From Candidatus Latescibacterota bacterium (GTDB taxonomy: Bacteria; Latescibacterota; UBA2968; UBA8231), in the NCBI GenBank assembly GCA_965221775.1, contig CBDCSU010000006.1:128001-192000 (forward strand): 64,000 nt of DNA, in the 5' to 3' direction. Positions 50,301 to 60,170 of the stretch are shown here, in pieces; the stretch's first letter is position 1; each line of letters starts with the position of its first letter. The position numbers were made by a program, and so were the translations under genes. The notes under the pieces were generated by a model that worked only from the letters and a program-made list of their open reading frames with translations, was not told where the DNA came from and did no database searches.

Positions 50301-50603
50301 GGTGCCGTCCTCGAAGATGACGTAGACGAAGGAGAGGCCGAAGAAGGAGTACCCGCGAACCGCCTTGGCGTAGGGCACGGCGAGCATCGCCGTGCTCAGC
50401 GGAAACGTCACCTGGTCCTCCACCACCTGGGGCGCCTGCCCCGGGTACTCGGTGAGGACGATCACCTGCACGTCCGACAGGTCGGGGATCGCGTCGAGGG
50501 GGGTCCTGGACATGGCGAGGAAGCCGGCGCCGGCGGCCAGCAGGGTCACCAGCACGGTGAGCAGCTTGTTGCCGACGCAGGCCTCGATGATGCGGCCGAT
50601 CAT
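47358..50603 (-). CDS. cusA: CusA/CzcA heavy-metal RND efflux permease
   Basis: LDAIPDLSDVQVI, YWARSRVLEYL, GSEFMPPLYEGDLLYMP, WTMPIKTRIDML, MKRIAAPMVGG. Confidence 0.95.
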   Translation of the reverse strand: MIGRIIEACVGNKLLTVLVTLLAAGAGFLAMSRTPLDAIPDLSDVQVIVLTEYPGQAPQVVEDQVTFPLSTAMLAVPYAKAVRGYSFFGLSFVYVIFEDGTDMYWARSRVLEYLSFAGDRLPEGVQPRLGPDATGVGWVYEYALVDTSGRRDLAELRSIQDWYLRYELTSVPGVAEVASVGGFVKQYQVTVDPNKLLAYGISLQQVKRAIQRSNNDVGGRLIELAETEFMVRGLGYIQSLEDIRSVPVSAGRSGTPVRVRDIATVQVGPELRRGLAEWNGEGEVAGGIVVMRYGENALAVIDAVKARLAELQDGLPEGVVVETAYDRSGLIRRAVGHLREKLVEECLVVAAVCGLFLLHFRSAFAAVFTLPLGILVSFIVMWGQGINANIMSLGGIAIAVGAMVDAGIVQIENAHRHLARDRGRKDHWASIAAASKEVGPALFYSLLIVTLSFLPVFTLEAQEGRLFKPLAYTKTYAMAAAAILSITVVPVLIGFCLRGRVVDADRNPLNRGLTRGYVPVLDWLLRHKAATLAAAAAVMFVSVFPFRSVVVERFADRPGSLAHTALSRLQQLFPLEQIGSEFMPPLYEGDLLYMPTTLPGVSVTKARELLQQTDRIIRTFPEVENVFGKIGRAETATDPAPLSMIETTITLRPQDEWRPGITPERLVEELDRAVRFPGLTNSWTMPIKTRIDMLSTGIKTPVGIKVAGDDLKTLEEVGRRIEQVVREIPGTASVYAERVAGGNYVDFEIDREEAGRYGLTVGDVQEVILSAMGGMNITHTVEGRERYPVNLRYGRELRDNLPALRRVLVATPTGAQIPIGQVADLRIRKGPPGIKSENARLNAWVYVDIRDVDVGTYVEGARQIVAEEIDLPQGYSLIWSGQYEYMERAKERLSLVVPVTLAIIFLLLFLHFRSVAESLMVMLTLPFALVGGIWLIYILDYNMSVAVGVGFIALAGVSAELGVVMLTYLDQALESRREEGRLRDRADLVAAIVEGASRRVRPIFMTVGSTVGGLLPIMWATGTGSQVMKRIAAPMVGGLATATLLALLVLPAVYALWRGRQMDSGTEPTTDTHSPEKETAP

Positions 50604-50604
50604 C

Positions 50605-51975
50605 TCAGGTGCCCTCCCCCAGGGAGCTGACCGCCGCCTTCAGGTTGCTCTCCGAATCGATGAGGAACTGCGCCGAGGTGACGATCCGCTCCCCCTCGCG
50701 CAGGCCCTCGAGGACCTCGTAGAGACCTTCCGCCTCGGCGCCGACGCGGATCTCCCGCGGCTGGAAGCGGCCCTCCCCGAGGCTGACCACGGCCAGGCGG
50801 CGGGGCCCCGAGTGGATCACCGCCTGCACCGGCACCGTGAGGACGCTGTCCGCCGGCAGCGGCGACTGGATGGTGACGTTGGCGTACATCTCCGGCTTCA
50901 GCTCCAGCTCCGGGTTGGCGAAGGTCATGCGCACCTTCACGGTGCGCGTCTCCGGCTCGAGGAAGGGGTAGACGTAGGTCACCTTCCCGGTGAAGCTCTG
51001 GCCCGGCAGGTAGGACAACTCGACCTCGGCCTCCTGGCCCTCCCGCACCCACGGCAGCTCGTACTCGTAGATGTCGGCGTAGACCCACACCCGCGACAAC
51101 TCGGCGATGCGGTAGAGGTGCTGCCCCGGGCCGATGTGCTGGCCGTCGTAGACCGCCTTGTGGACCACCGTGCCCTGCTGGGGCGAGTCCACGGTCATGG
51201 TGCGCCGCACCTCGCCCGTCTGCCGCAGCTCCTCGATCTGGCGGTCGCTGATGTCCCAGTAGCGCAGCCGCTGCAGCGCCGCCGACAGCAGGTCCCGCGC
51301 CCCGGCCGCGGCCTCGCCCCCGGCGCCGGCCCGCAGCCGCTCGCTGTAGTCGACGGCGGTGAGGTACTCCTCCTGGGCGGCCACCAGCTCCGGGCTGTAT
51401 ATCTGCAGCAGGGGCTCCCCCTTCTCCACCATCTGCCCCGTGTAGTCGACGAAGAGCTTCTCCACCCAGCCGGCGATCTTGGTGTTGACGTCGGTCATGC
51501 GGGTCTCGTCGTAGTCGACGCGGCCCACGGTGCGCACCGTGCGGTGCAGCGTGCGCCGCTCCACCGGCGCCGTCCGGACGCCGATGTTCTGCACCGTCGC
51601 CGGGTCGATGGTCACGGTACCCTCGGCCTGCAGCTCGTCCTCGTAGACCGGCACCAGGTCCATGCCCATGGGCGACTTCCCCGGCTCGTGGGAGGTGTAC
51701 GACGGGTCCATCGGCGCCCGCCAGTAGGCGATGGCGCGCTCACCGTCCGATGCGCTGTCCCCGGCCGGCTTGTCGGGCACCAGGTCCATGCCGCAGACCG
51801 GACAGCTCCCCGGCCCCTCGGAGACGACGGTGGGGTGCATGGGACAGCGGTGGACCTCTGCCTCTTCCTCGTGGGCGTGCATCGCTGCCCCGCCGGCGCC
51901 TCCCAGCCAGAGGCCGAGGGCGGTGCCGGCAGCCAGCGACAGGATCACGGCGATCGCGTATTTCCACATGGTCAT
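50605..51975 (-). CDS. cusB: CusB-type RND periplasmic adaptor with heavy-metal-binding domains
   Basis: CPMHP...CPVCGMDL, YWRAPMDP...PGKSPMGMDL, YSPELVAAQEEY, FLIDSES. Confidence 0.92.
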   Translation of the reverse strand: MTMWKYAIAVILSLAAGTALGLWLGGAGGAAMHAHEEEAEVHRCPMHPTVVSEGPGSCPVCGMDLVPDKPAGDSASDGERAIAYWRAPMDPSYTSHEPGKSPMGMDLVPVYEDELQAEGTVTIDPATVQNIGVRTAPVERRTLHRTVRTVGRVDYDETRMTDVNTKIAGWVEKLFVDYTGQMVEKGEPLLQIYSPELVAAQEEYLTAVDYSERLRAGAGGEAAAGARDLLSAALQRLRYWDISDRQIEELRQTGEVRRTMTVDSPQQGTVVHKAVYDGQHIGPGQHLYRIAELSRVWVYADIYEYELPWVREGQEAEVELSYLPGQSFTGKVTYVYPFLEPETRTVKVRMTFANPELELKPEMYANVTIQSPLPADSVLTVPVQAVIHSGPRRLAVVSLGEGRFQPREIRVGAEAEGLYEVLEGLREGERIVTSAQFLIDSESNLKAAVSSLGEGT

Positions 51976-51984
51976 CCTCCGCGC

Positions 51985-53247
51985 TCAGAAGAGCCGCCGG
52001 CCGACGACGGACTCCAGGTGGGCCAGGCTCTTCTCGTACTGCGTCAAGTGGCGGTGGTAGTCGATCTCGAAGTCGAGCAGCGTCATCTGGTTGTCCAGCA
52101 GGGTGAGGAAGTCGACCTCGTCCACCTGGTAGCCGGCGACCGCCGCGGCCAGGGACTGGTCGGCCTGGGGGATGATGACGTCCCGGAAGAGGGCCATCTC
52201 CTGCAGGTGGGTCCGGGCGTCGACGTGCAACTCCTCGATCCGCAGGGCCAGCTCGCGGACCTGGGCCTCGATGCGGGCCTCGGCCTCGCGGACCCTCGCC
52301 CTCGCCTCGGCGACCTTGGAGTCCTGCTTGCGCCCCTGGTGGACGGGCAGGGTCAGCATCACCCCGACGGAGAAGAAGTCGCTCCCCGAGACGGGATCGT
52401 TCTCGAAGCCGCGCTGGCGCCAGCCGGCGTTCACCAAGAAGTCGGGACGGCGGTCGAGGACGGCCAGCTCCTCGGCGGCGCGCCAGCGCTCACGGCCTTC
52501 GTGCAGTCCCTTCAGCAGCGGCCGTTCATCGAGGGCCAGGTCCAGCAGCTGCACCGCCTCGAAGTCGAGGGGCGTCTGCTCCCGCGCCGGGGTGGGGCCC
52601 ACCGGTTCCCGGGGGTCCCGGTCCAGCAGGGTGTTGAGCCGCGCCGCCGTGCGCCGGCGCTCCCCCTCCATGTGCAGCAGCCGCCGCCGCAGGCCGGACA
52701 GCGACACCTGGGCCTTGAGCACGTCCTGCTGCGGCACTCGCCCCACGGAGTACTTCGTCTGCGCGATGCGCACGAAGTCCCGCAGCAGGGCCCGGTTGTT
52801 CTCGGTGATGGCGATCGAGCGGTCGAGGAGGTCCAGGTCGAAGTAGGCCTGCTTCACCAGGTTGACGACGGTCCCCTCGCGCTCCTGCCGGGCGGCCTCG
52901 GCGGCGGCGGCGGCGTGGCTGGCGGCGCGCTCCCGGGCGGCGCGCTTGCCCGGGTACGGCAGCTTCTGGGAGAGCGTGACCTGGCGGCCGCTCATGGGCG
53001 AGCCGTCGATGTCGAGGGGGCGGAAGGGGACGTTGCTCAGCTCCACCTTCAGCCCCGGGTCCGGCAGGGCCCCGGCCGCCGGGACCCCGGCCTGGGCCGC
53101 GGCGGCGCTGTGCTTCAGCACCTGCAGCGACAGGTTGGAGGTGAGGGCCTCCTCGATGAGGAGGTCGAGGTCGAGGTCGGGTGTTTCCGCGGCGGCTGCG
53201 GCGGCGGCCAGGGTCATGACCGCGGCGCAGGTGATTCTCCGGTGCAT
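51985..53247 (-). CDS. TolC/CusC-family outer membrane efflux protein
   Basis: GALPDP, SQKLPYPGK, VKQAYFDL, DVLKAQV, DFLTLLD. Confidence 0.9.
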   Translation of the reverse strand: MHRRITCAAVMTLAAAAAAAETPDLDLDLLIEEALTSNLSLQVLKHSAAAAQAGVPAAGALPDPGLKVELSNVPFRPLDIDGSPMSGRQVTLSQKLPYPGKRAARERAASHAAAAAEAARQEREGTVVNLVKQAYFDLDLLDRSIAITENNRALLRDFVRIAQTKYSVGRVPQQDVLKAQVSLSGLRRRLLHMEGERRRTAARLNTLLDRDPREPVGPTPAREQTPLDFEAVQLLDLALDERPLLKGLHEGRERWRAAEELAVLDRRPDFLVNAGWRQRGFENDPVSGSDFFSVGVMLTLPVHQGRKQDSKVAEARARVREAEARIEAQVRELALRIEELHVDARTHLQEMALFRDVIIPQADQSLAAAVAGYQVDEVDFLTLLDNQMTLLDFEIDYHRHLTQYEKSLAHLESVVGRRLF

Positions 53248-53368
53248 TCTCCTTCTCCTGTGGTCCGGGGCGCGGCGAGACCCCGGTATGGGGACGCCGG
53301 CCGGTACGCGGCACGCACGGGCGCGCTGCCCGGCCCTGGGGGGCCGGACCGTCCCGCGCGGAGAAGGA

Positions 53369-53749
53369 TCAGATCAGGTAGATGCCGTGGAGGGCGTAGA
53401 GGGGGAGCCTTGCGGCCCCGGGCGGAGTCCGCGGTTCAAGAGGCTTGAGGTCCGCGGCGCCGAGGGCCCGGCCGGTCGTGCCCGCCAGGGGAATGGCGGG
53501 GAACCCGTGGCCGGAAGGAAGGACCTGGTCGGCGGCCTCGGGGGAAGGAGACGAGTCACCGGCGCAGGCCAGGGCCGGGCAGCAGGAGCAGTCGGCCCCG
53601 AGCTGCGGCGCATCGGCCGCCGGGGGCGCGTGGCACCCGGGGGCCGCCGCCGCCAGCGCGCAGGGGGCGCAGTCCGCCGAAGCGGCGACGCTGCTGGCCG
53701 GCAGCGCGGCGACGAGCACTGCCAGCGCGATGATTCGGGCGATTCTCAT
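53369..53749 (-). CDS. Cys-rich exported small protein upstream of the efflux operon (DUF2946/CruR-like candidate)
   Basis: Signal peptide, CAPC, CH, CSCC..C, and C-terminal PRTPP...LPLYALHGIYLI. Confidence 0.55.
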   Translation of the reverse strand: MRIARIIALAVLVAALPASSVAASADCAPCALAAAAPGCHAPPAADAPQLGADCSCCPALACAGDSSPSPEAADQVLPSGHGFPAIPLAGTTGRALGAADLKPLEPRTPPGAARLPLYALHGIYLI

Positions 53750-53864
53750 CTCGACTCCGGTCATGGCCAATATGCCCGGACCGCCGACGTTCCGCAACCG
53801 GGGCGGTTCCTGCGGAGGCGGGGCTCGGATGGGAGTTATGCGGACGACTGTCCCGGCCACAACG

Positions 53865-54707
53865 CTACGTCGGACACTCGAACAGCTCTATCGGCCCGGG
53901 GTGGACCCGCGCGATGGTGAAGCGGGAGCCCGGCATCGCCCCGGTGTAGGCCGCCCCGGTGTCGATCATCCACAGATTGGCCATCCTCACCGCCCGCTCG
54001 CCGCGCGCATGCCCGCAGATGACGCAGGCCACCCGCCCCTCGACCGGAGGCGCCGCTTCCGCGGCCCCGCCCTGGACGTAGCGCTCCATGCGGCGGCGGG
54101 ACCAGATGGCGTGGTAGCTGTCCTGGCGGCTCCCCTCCCGCAGGGCCGAGAGGAACTCCTCCCAGGTGCGGTCCTCCGGCACGTCCGCATGGACGATGCC
54201 GACGGGCCCGATCTCGCAGTCCACCTCCGCGGCGAAGGGCAGGGCGGAGAAAGCCCGCACCCAGGCCTCCCGCCCCGGCGCCGGAACCGATTCCCACCAG
54301 CCTCCGCCGTTGTAGTCCCACAAACCGTGCTCCTCGCCCCGCTCCCCCGCGGGATCGGCCGCCGCGTCGAGCAGGAACTGATCGTGGTTGCCGCGGATGG
54401 CGTGGAACCAGTCGCGCCCGGTCAGCCATTGGAGAGCGGCCTCCGACTCCGGACCGCGGTCGATCAGGTCTCCTACCGAGAACAGCCGGTCCCCGCCGGG
54501 GTCGAAGGAGAGCTCGTCGAGGAAGCGCTCGAGGGCGGAGTACATCCCGTGGATGTCGCCGACGACGAAGTCCCGGCCCCGCTCGTTGCGCGCGAAGCTC
54601 CTGACGGCGCCGTCGCCTCCCAGGGCCTCGGACACGAAGGTCGGGCGGTACTGAAGGATCTCGGCTTCCCAGATCGGCCGGCTCGACCGCCTGCTTTCGC
54701 TTTCCAC
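53865..54707 (-). CDS. Metallophosphoesterase (PrpA/NinI-like Ser/Thr phosphatase family)
   Basis: GDIHG, GDLIDRG, RGNH, NGG.W, HAD, GH, IDTGA. Confidence 0.88.
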   Translation of the reverse strand: MESESRRSSRPIWEAEILQYRPTFVSEALGGDGAVRSFARNERGRDFVVGDIHGMYSALERFLDELSFDPGGDRLFSVGDLIDRGPESEAALQWLTGRDWFHAIRGNHDQFLLDAAADPAGERGEEHGLWDYNGGGWWESVPAPGREAWVRAFSALPFAAEVDCEIGPVGIVHADVPEDRTWEEFLSALREGSRQDSYHAIWSRRRMERYVQGGAAEAAPPVEGRVACVICGHARGERAVRMANLWMIDTGAAYTGAMPGSRFTIARVHPGPIELFECPT

Positions 54708-54729
54708 GTTGGAATCCTCGGCCTGAGCC

Positions 54730-55420
54730 TCAGTCCGGGTATGTGGCGGTTGCGCCGACGAGATCCAACACCACCTCCAGCGGGGCGTGATCGCTGAGCC
54801 CGCCCCCGGCGATCGTGCCCATCTTCGCGGTCCAGTACTTCGCGTACCGCACGTGGAGATCAGAGCTCGCGAAGACGTGGTCGATCCGCGTGCCCGCAAC
54901 GAAGCTGCACCCGGCTTCATCGTGGCCATGCAATTCGAGGTATACATCCCGCATTCCGAACTTCCTCAGCCCAAGAGGATCGTCCGATTCATCCCCGTGG
55001 AGGTCGCCGGCCAGGATGGTCGGATGCCGGCCCCTTCGCATGGCCGAGTGAATCACTTCCTTCCGGTCAGGAAGCTCTCCACAGAGGCACGCCGTGTGCA
55101 GCCTGACTCGTCCGGCGAGCAGCAACGACAGCGACGCATGCGTCTTCGGCCATCGCGACTCCGTGTCGAGCGCTCCGTCGGCATGGGCGAGCCTCTCGAC
55201 GGGTGCCTTCGATGCGATGAGCACGCCGCTGTTGCCGGAAATCGGCTGCGTTACGGGGCTCATGACGTGAGGCAGGCCGACCTTCGGAAGCTTCTCCTTC
55301 CAACTCTCGAGGGATCGTGGGGTGACCTCCTGCAACAACCTCCGGCCTGCGCTCTCGCAGAAACTCGGCCTGCGACCGTGTATCGGTGCGGTTCTGCGTG
55401 TTCCACGTGATGATGCGCAT
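54730..55420 (-). pseudogene. Endonuclease/exonuclease/phosphatase-family gene, frameshifted near 55335
   Basis: MRIITWN...RPEVV is in one frame; LQEV...AGDLH...RIDHVF...SDHAPL is in another. Confidence 0.78.
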
Positions 55421-55598
55421 GACCTGAACCTACGAGCCGGCCAGCACCTCCGCGAACCTCGCGGAGGAACGCTGGCCCGGACACCCTTGCACCGATGCAT
55501 GGCGCCTGATACTCTCCATCGCTTCGACGACCTCTACCGCGGCGACTCCTCGCACGCGGGACGCGCGAGCTGAGGCTCGCGAAGAGAAGGAGATCTTC

Positions 55599-56399
55599 AT
55601 GCAGAACTGCGGCACGATCCTCATCGTCATCGACGGCTGCCGCCCCGACGGCATCCAGCAGGCGGATACGCCGGCCATCGACAGCCTGATGGCACGGGGG
55701 GCCCACGCTCTCGACGCGCAGAGCGTCGTCCCCTCCTCCACCCTGCCGTGTCACACCTCGATGTTCCGCGGCGTGACGCCGTCGCGGCACGGCATCACCA
55801 CCAACACCTGGGTCCCCATGGTGCGCCCCGTGCCGAGCATCGCCGAGGCCGCCCACGCCAGGGACCTGAAGACGGCCTTCGTCTACAACTGGGAGCAGCT
55901 CCGGGACCTGGCGGGGCCGGGTTCCCTCGACTTCTCCTACTACAGGGCCAACCTCGACGAACCGGAGGGCGACCTGACGATTGCGAGAGTTGCGGCGGAA
56001 CACGTGGTGACCGAGGAGCCGGACTTCTGCTTCGTCTACCTGGGGATCGTGGACATCGCGGGACACCGGCACGGGTGGATGTCGGCGGAGTACATCGAGC
56101 AGATCGGTGCCGCCGACCGGGCGATCGGGATCCTGCTGGAAGAACTGGAGAAGGCCGGTCTCCTGGACCGCTACTTCATCCTCGTCCAGAGCGACCACGG
56201 CGGACACGGGCAGAGCCACGGGACGGACATGCCCGAGGACCTGACGATCCCGTGGATCGCGGCGGGAGCGAAGGTCCGCAAGACCGGCGAGATCGAGCAG
56301 CCGGTGCGCATCATCGACACCGCGCCAACCCTCGCCCACGTTCTGGATCTGCCATTGCCGGAAGACTGGGAAGGTCGGCCGGTTCTGGAGATCTTCTGA
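55599..56399 (+). CDS. Alkaline phosphatase superfamily / nucleotide pyrophosphatase-like protein
   Basis: IDGCRPD, STLPCHTSMFRG, DIAGHRHGW, SDHGG. Confidence 0.88.
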   Translation: MQNCGTILIVIDGCRPDGIQQADTPAIDSLMARGAHALDAQSVVPSSTLPCHTSMFRGVTPSRHGITTNTWVPMVRPVPSIAEAAHARDLKTAFVYNWEQLRDLAGPGSLDFSYYRANLDEPEGDLTIARVAAEHVVTEEPDFCFVYLGIVDIAGHRHGWMSAEYIEQIGAADRAIGILLEELEKAGLLDRYFILVQSDHGGHGQSHGTDMPEDLTIPWIAAGAKVRKTGEIEQPVRIIDTAPTLAHVLDLPLPEDWEGRPVLEIF

Positions 56400-56466
56400 A
56401 AATGGGAGCGCTTCTGTTGTATTCCCGCGCATCCCCGCCACGTCGATCGATCCGGAGGATTCCGCC

Positions 56467-57459
56467 ATGCGCCTGATCATTCTGATTCTCGCCACGACAC
56501 AGCTGGCCGCCGCCGACGCGCCGGACTGGCGGCGGCCGGTGGCCACCTATTCCATCGTCGCCCGCGACTCCGTCAGCGGTCAGCTCGGCGTGGCGGTGCA
56601 GTCCCACTGGTTCTCGGTGGGTCCCATCGTTCCGTGGGCCCGTCCCGGTGTCGGCGCCGTGGCCACCCAGTCCCTCGTCGACCCGGCCTACGGTCCCCTC
56701 GGCCTCGAGCTGATGGCCATGGGCAAGACGGCCCGGGAGGCGCTCACCGCCCTGCTGGCGGCAGATGCCGACGCCGCGGTGCGGCAAGTGGCGATGGTCG
56801 ATGCCCAAGGGACCGTGGCCGTTCACACGGGTGAGCGCGCCATTGCCGCCGCCGGCCACCAGGCCGGGGCCCAGTACAGCGTTCAGGCGAACCTGATGGA
56901 CCGGGACAGCGTCTGGCCGGCCATGGCGAAGGCCTACGAGAGTGCCGAGGGCGATCTGGCCGAGCGGCTGCTCGCGGCCCTGGAAGTGGCCGAGGCCGAG
57001 GGGGGCGACCTGCGCGGCCGCCAGTCGGCGGCGATCCTGGTGGTCTCCGCCGAGGATACCGGCCGGCCGTGGGTCGACCGCGTCTTCGACCTGCGCGTGG
57101 AGGATCATCCCGAGCCGGTGGAAGAGCTGCGACGGCTGGTGCGCCTGGCGCGCGCCTACCACAAGCTCAACGAGGGTGACGAATGGGTGACCGCGGGAGA
57201 GATGGAGGCGGCCATGGATGCGTACCGCGCCGCCACCGAACTGGTGCCCGATGAGGCAACCGGCGGCGAGGCTCCGTTCTGGGTGGGTGTGACCCTGGCC
57301 GGCGAGGGGTGCGAGGAGGAGGCCGTGCCCTACCTGCGACGGGCGCAGGCCCAGAACGACCGCTGGGTCGACCTGCTGCGGCGTCTGCCCGCCTCCGGGC
57401 TGATGCCGGCGGATGATGAACTCCTGGATCGTCTGGCGGCCGCCATGGTCGGCGGGTGA
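56467..57459 (+). CDS. DUF1028 (Ntn-hydrolase-like) protein with TPR-like tail
   Basis: TYSIVARD...GVAVQS, GAVATQ, GGDLRGRQSAA, DLRVEDH. Confidence 0.88.
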   Translation: MRLIILILATTQLAAADAPDWRRPVATYSIVARDSVSGQLGVAVQSHWFSVGPIVPWARPGVGAVATQSLVDPAYGPLGLELMAMGKTAREALTALLAADADAAVRQVAMVDAQGTVAVHTGERAIAAAGHQAGAQYSVQANLMDRDSVWPAMAKAYESAEGDLAERLLAALEVAEAEGGDLRGRQSAAILVVSAEDTGRPWVDRVFDLRVEDHPEPVEELRRLVRLARAYHKLNEGDEWVTAGEMEAAMDAYRAATELVPDEATGGEAPFWVGVTLAGEGCEEEAVPYLRRAQAQNDRWVDLLRRLPASGLMPADDELLDRLAAAMVGG

Positions 57460-58772
57460 CAGCGGAGATGATGGAGATGAACGTCACGACGACCGTGGAC
57501 CGGGAGGACCGTCCGCTCCTGGCCGCCCAGATCGCCCGTCACGCCCTCGACCGGGTCCCCCTGTCGATCATCTTCGACGACTCCACGGTCCTGGTGAACC
57601 TCAACTACTTCTTCCTCCGCGACCGCACGACGGCCCGCACCATGGCGGAGGACCGCAACCGGCGCTGGGAGGACCTGCCCGTGGTCCATCCCACCTCCTT
57701 CACCCGCGAGTTCGCCGAGTGGTGCCTGGCCAGCGGCGTGCGCGGCAAGTTCTCGGTGGTGCCCTGCCCGGCCGCTCTGGGCCGCATCGACGAGGGGCTC
57801 CCCCTCTTCAGCCGGGCCCAGCAGGAGGAGTGGCTGGCCATGTGCCGCGAGGTCATCGTCCCCGCCTTCGACATCACCCCGGAGATGCTGACCCACACCT
57901 TCGTCGTCGATCCGAAGACCCTGCAGCCTCTCCCCTCCGGGATCTGGGAGCAGTACGACTGGGCGGCCCTGCCCGAAGACCAGGAGGAGCTGGTCACCGA
58001 GTACATCGCCCGGGCCTGCCGAATCCTGGACGCCGTGGGCCTGACGCCCCAGGGGGTGACCTCACCCGGCGGTTTCGGCGGCCGCACCCTGCCGTTCTAC
58101 GCCCGCTGCGCCGGCGAGGCCGTCCGCCAGGTCACGGGCAACCCGGTGCCGTACTTCTTCCAGCGGGTCTCCTCGGAGGCCGCGGTCGACATCCCGGTGT
58201 GGTACCCCGACCGTCAGACCGGCCGGGCCACGGGCGAGATCATCGCCTCCACCGGCGACTGGACCGGCAGCTGGACCGGGTACGGCGAGGTCGACGCCGA
58301 CAAGTACATCACCCCCGACCTGGAAGGCGGCCGTCTGCCGGCCCTCATCGACGCCGGCGAGCCGGCGGTGCTCATCAGCCACTGGCAGGGGTTCTACGGG
58401 ATGCACGACGAGGACCGCCGCGGCTACCGGGCCTTTCAGCAGGTGGTGGGCCGCCTCGCCGAGCGCGACCCCCGGGGAGAGCGCACCGAGTGGCGCACCT
58501 GCAGCCAGATCACCACCTACGCCTGCGCCCGGGAGATGGCCGAGGTCTCGGTCGAGGGGAAGACCGTCCGCCTCGACCTGCCGGTGCGGACCCCGGACCT
58601 GACCCTGCGTCTGACAGGTGGAGAGGTGCGGGCGGTCCGCGTCGACCGCCGCCCCCTGGCGCGGGCCCCGAATCGCGCCGCCTTTCGGAGCGGGACCTTC
58701 CTGGCGGAGGACGGAGCGGTCCTGGCCGCCTTCGACCCGGCTCAGCGCCGGGTGCAGGTGGAAGTCGATTAG
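57456..58772 (+). CDS. Conserved hypothetical protein (possibly NodB/deacetylase-like fold)
   Basis: Long GC3-biased ORF; FDD, GKFSVVPCP, EMLTH, SPGGFG, SHW. Confidence 0.65.
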   Translation: MTAEMMEMNVTTTVDREDRPLLAAQIARHALDRVPLSIIFDDSTVLVNLNYFFLRDRTTARTMAEDRNRRWEDLPVVHPTSFTREFAEWCLASGVRGKFSVVPCPAALGRIDEGLPLFSRAQQEEWLAMCREVIVPAFDITPEMLTHTFVVDPKTLQPLPSGIWEQYDWAALPEDQEELVTEYIARACRILDAVGLTPQGVTSPGGFGGRTLPFYARCAGEAVRQVTGNPVPYFFQRVSSEAAVDIPVWYPDRQTGRATGEIIASTGDWTGSWTGYGEVDADKYITPDLEGGRLPALIDAGEPAVLISHWQGFYGMHDEDRRGYRAFQQVVGRLAERDPRGERTEWRTCSQITTYACAREMAEVSVEGKTVRLDLPVRTPDLTLRLTGGEVRAVRVDRRPLARAPNRAAFRSGTFLAEDGAVLAAFDPAQRRVQVEVD

Positions 58773-58838
58773 CCGATCAGCGGCCGGGGCTCGCGCCCTC
58801 GTGCAGGATCGCCCGCGAGCAGCGGCCGCCCGCGGCCG

Positions 58839-58972
58839 GCCACGCCCCGTGCCAGGTCGCCCCGGTGCGGCGGTTACGCCCGCGGCTCCTCCCGCCCTGA
58901 GCGGGCATCGGCCTGCCACGCCCCGTACCAGGTCCCCCGCCGTAGCGCCCGTGCACCCGCGGCTCCTCCCGC
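58839..58972. repeat. Two-copy ~76-bp degenerate direct repeat between convergent genes
   Basis: GCCACGCCCCGT(G/A)CCAGGTC at 58839 and 58915; CCCGCGGCTCCTCCCGC at 58879 and 58956. Confidence 0.7.
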
Positions 58973-59012
58973 GGGCCGGTGCGCGCCCGCTCGCCGCGGC
59001 CGATGACCCCGG

Positions 59013-60170
59013 CTATGCCGCCGCTTCCATCAGGATCCGCGCCACCTCCGGCCGGGTGAACTCCATGGGCGGCACCTGTCCGGCGGCCAGCATGTCGCGC
59101 ACCTGCGTACCGCTGAGGATCACCCGGTCCTCCGGCCCGTGGGGGCAGGTCTTCATGGAGGCCATGCCCTCGCAGCGCTTGCAGTAGAAGGAGTGGTCGA
59201 AGTACAGGGGCGTGATGCCGAGATCCTCCGGCGGCACGCTGCGCAGCAGGTCCTGCGCCTCGTAGGTGCCGTAGTACGACCCGACGCCGGCGTGGTCGCG
59301 CCCGACGATGAAGTGGGTGCAGCCGTAGTTCTTGCGGAGGAGGGCGTGGAAGATCGCCTCCTTCGGGCCGGCGTAGCGCATCGCCGCGGGCAGCACCGAG
59401 AGGTGCACGTGGCCGGCGGGGTAGTAGCCCTCCAGCAGCGCCTCGTAGCAGCGCATGCGCACGTCGGCGGGGATGTCGTCGGGCTTGGTCTCGCCCACGA
59501 GGGGATGCAGCAGCAGCCCGTCGACGATCTCCAGGGCCGCCTTCTGGATGTACTCGTGGGCCCGGTGCACGGGGTTGCGCGTCTGGAACCCGACGATGGT
59601 GCGCCAGTCCCGCTCGGCGAAGGCGGCGCGGGTCTCGGCCGGGTCCTGCCGGTAGGGCCGCAGCACCTCCTCCAGCTCCTCGCGCTCGACGACGGTGACC
59701 GCGCCCCCCACGAGCAGGTCGTGCTGCCGGTAGACGGAGGCGACGCCGGGGTGGTCCTCGTCATCCGTCCCGAAGACGTTCCGCGCCTCGGCCTGCTTGT
59801 CGTACGGGTAGACCTCGTCGACCTCGATGATTCCCACGAGCCGTCCCGCGGCGTCGTGCAGGGCGGCCTCGCGGCCGACGCCGAGGGCGGCGGCGGCCTC
59901 CGGCGGCGCGGACAGGGTGATGGGCAGGCTCCAGAGGGTGCCGTCGGCGAGGCGCATCTCGCCCACGGTGCGCTCGTAGTCGGCGCGGTCCATGAAGCCG
60001 GTGAGGGGGCTCATGGCGCCGACGGCGATGAGGTCGAGGTCGGCGGACTCGCGGAGAGAGAGGGTGAGGCGGGGCAGGCCGCCGGCGCGGGCGCGGATCT
60101 CGCGCGCCTGCGCGGGTGAGGCCAGCCGCTGGACCAACTCGCCGCCGTGGGGTGCGATGGGGATCGTCAT
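59013..60170 (-). CDS. sat: Sulfate adenylyltransferase
   Basis: [36 protein letters not shown]. Confidence 0.96.
   Translation of the reverse strand: MTIPIAPHGGELVQRLASPAQAREIRARAGGLPRLTLSLRESADLDLIAVGAMSPLTGFMDRADYERTVGEMRLADGTLWSLPITLSAPPEAAAALGVGREAALHDAAGRLVGIIEVDEVYPYDKQAEARNVFGTDDEDHPGVASVYRQHDLLVGGAVTVVEREELEEVLRPYRQDPAETRAAFAERDWRTIVGFQTRNPVHRAHEYIQKAALEIVDGLLLHPLVGETKPDDIPADVRMRCYEALLEGYYPAGHVHLSVLPAAMRYAGPKEAIFHALLRKNYGCTHFIVGRDHAGVGSYYGTYEAQDLLRSVPPEDLGITPLYFDHSFYCKRCEGMASMKTCPHGPEDRVILSGTQVRDMLAAGQVPPMEFTRPEVARILMEAAA

Noticed and set aside
53278-53296. CCCCGGTATGGGG as a CsoR-type copper operator before tolC
   Set aside because: Too short and GC-rich to separate from chance; no regulator gene nearby
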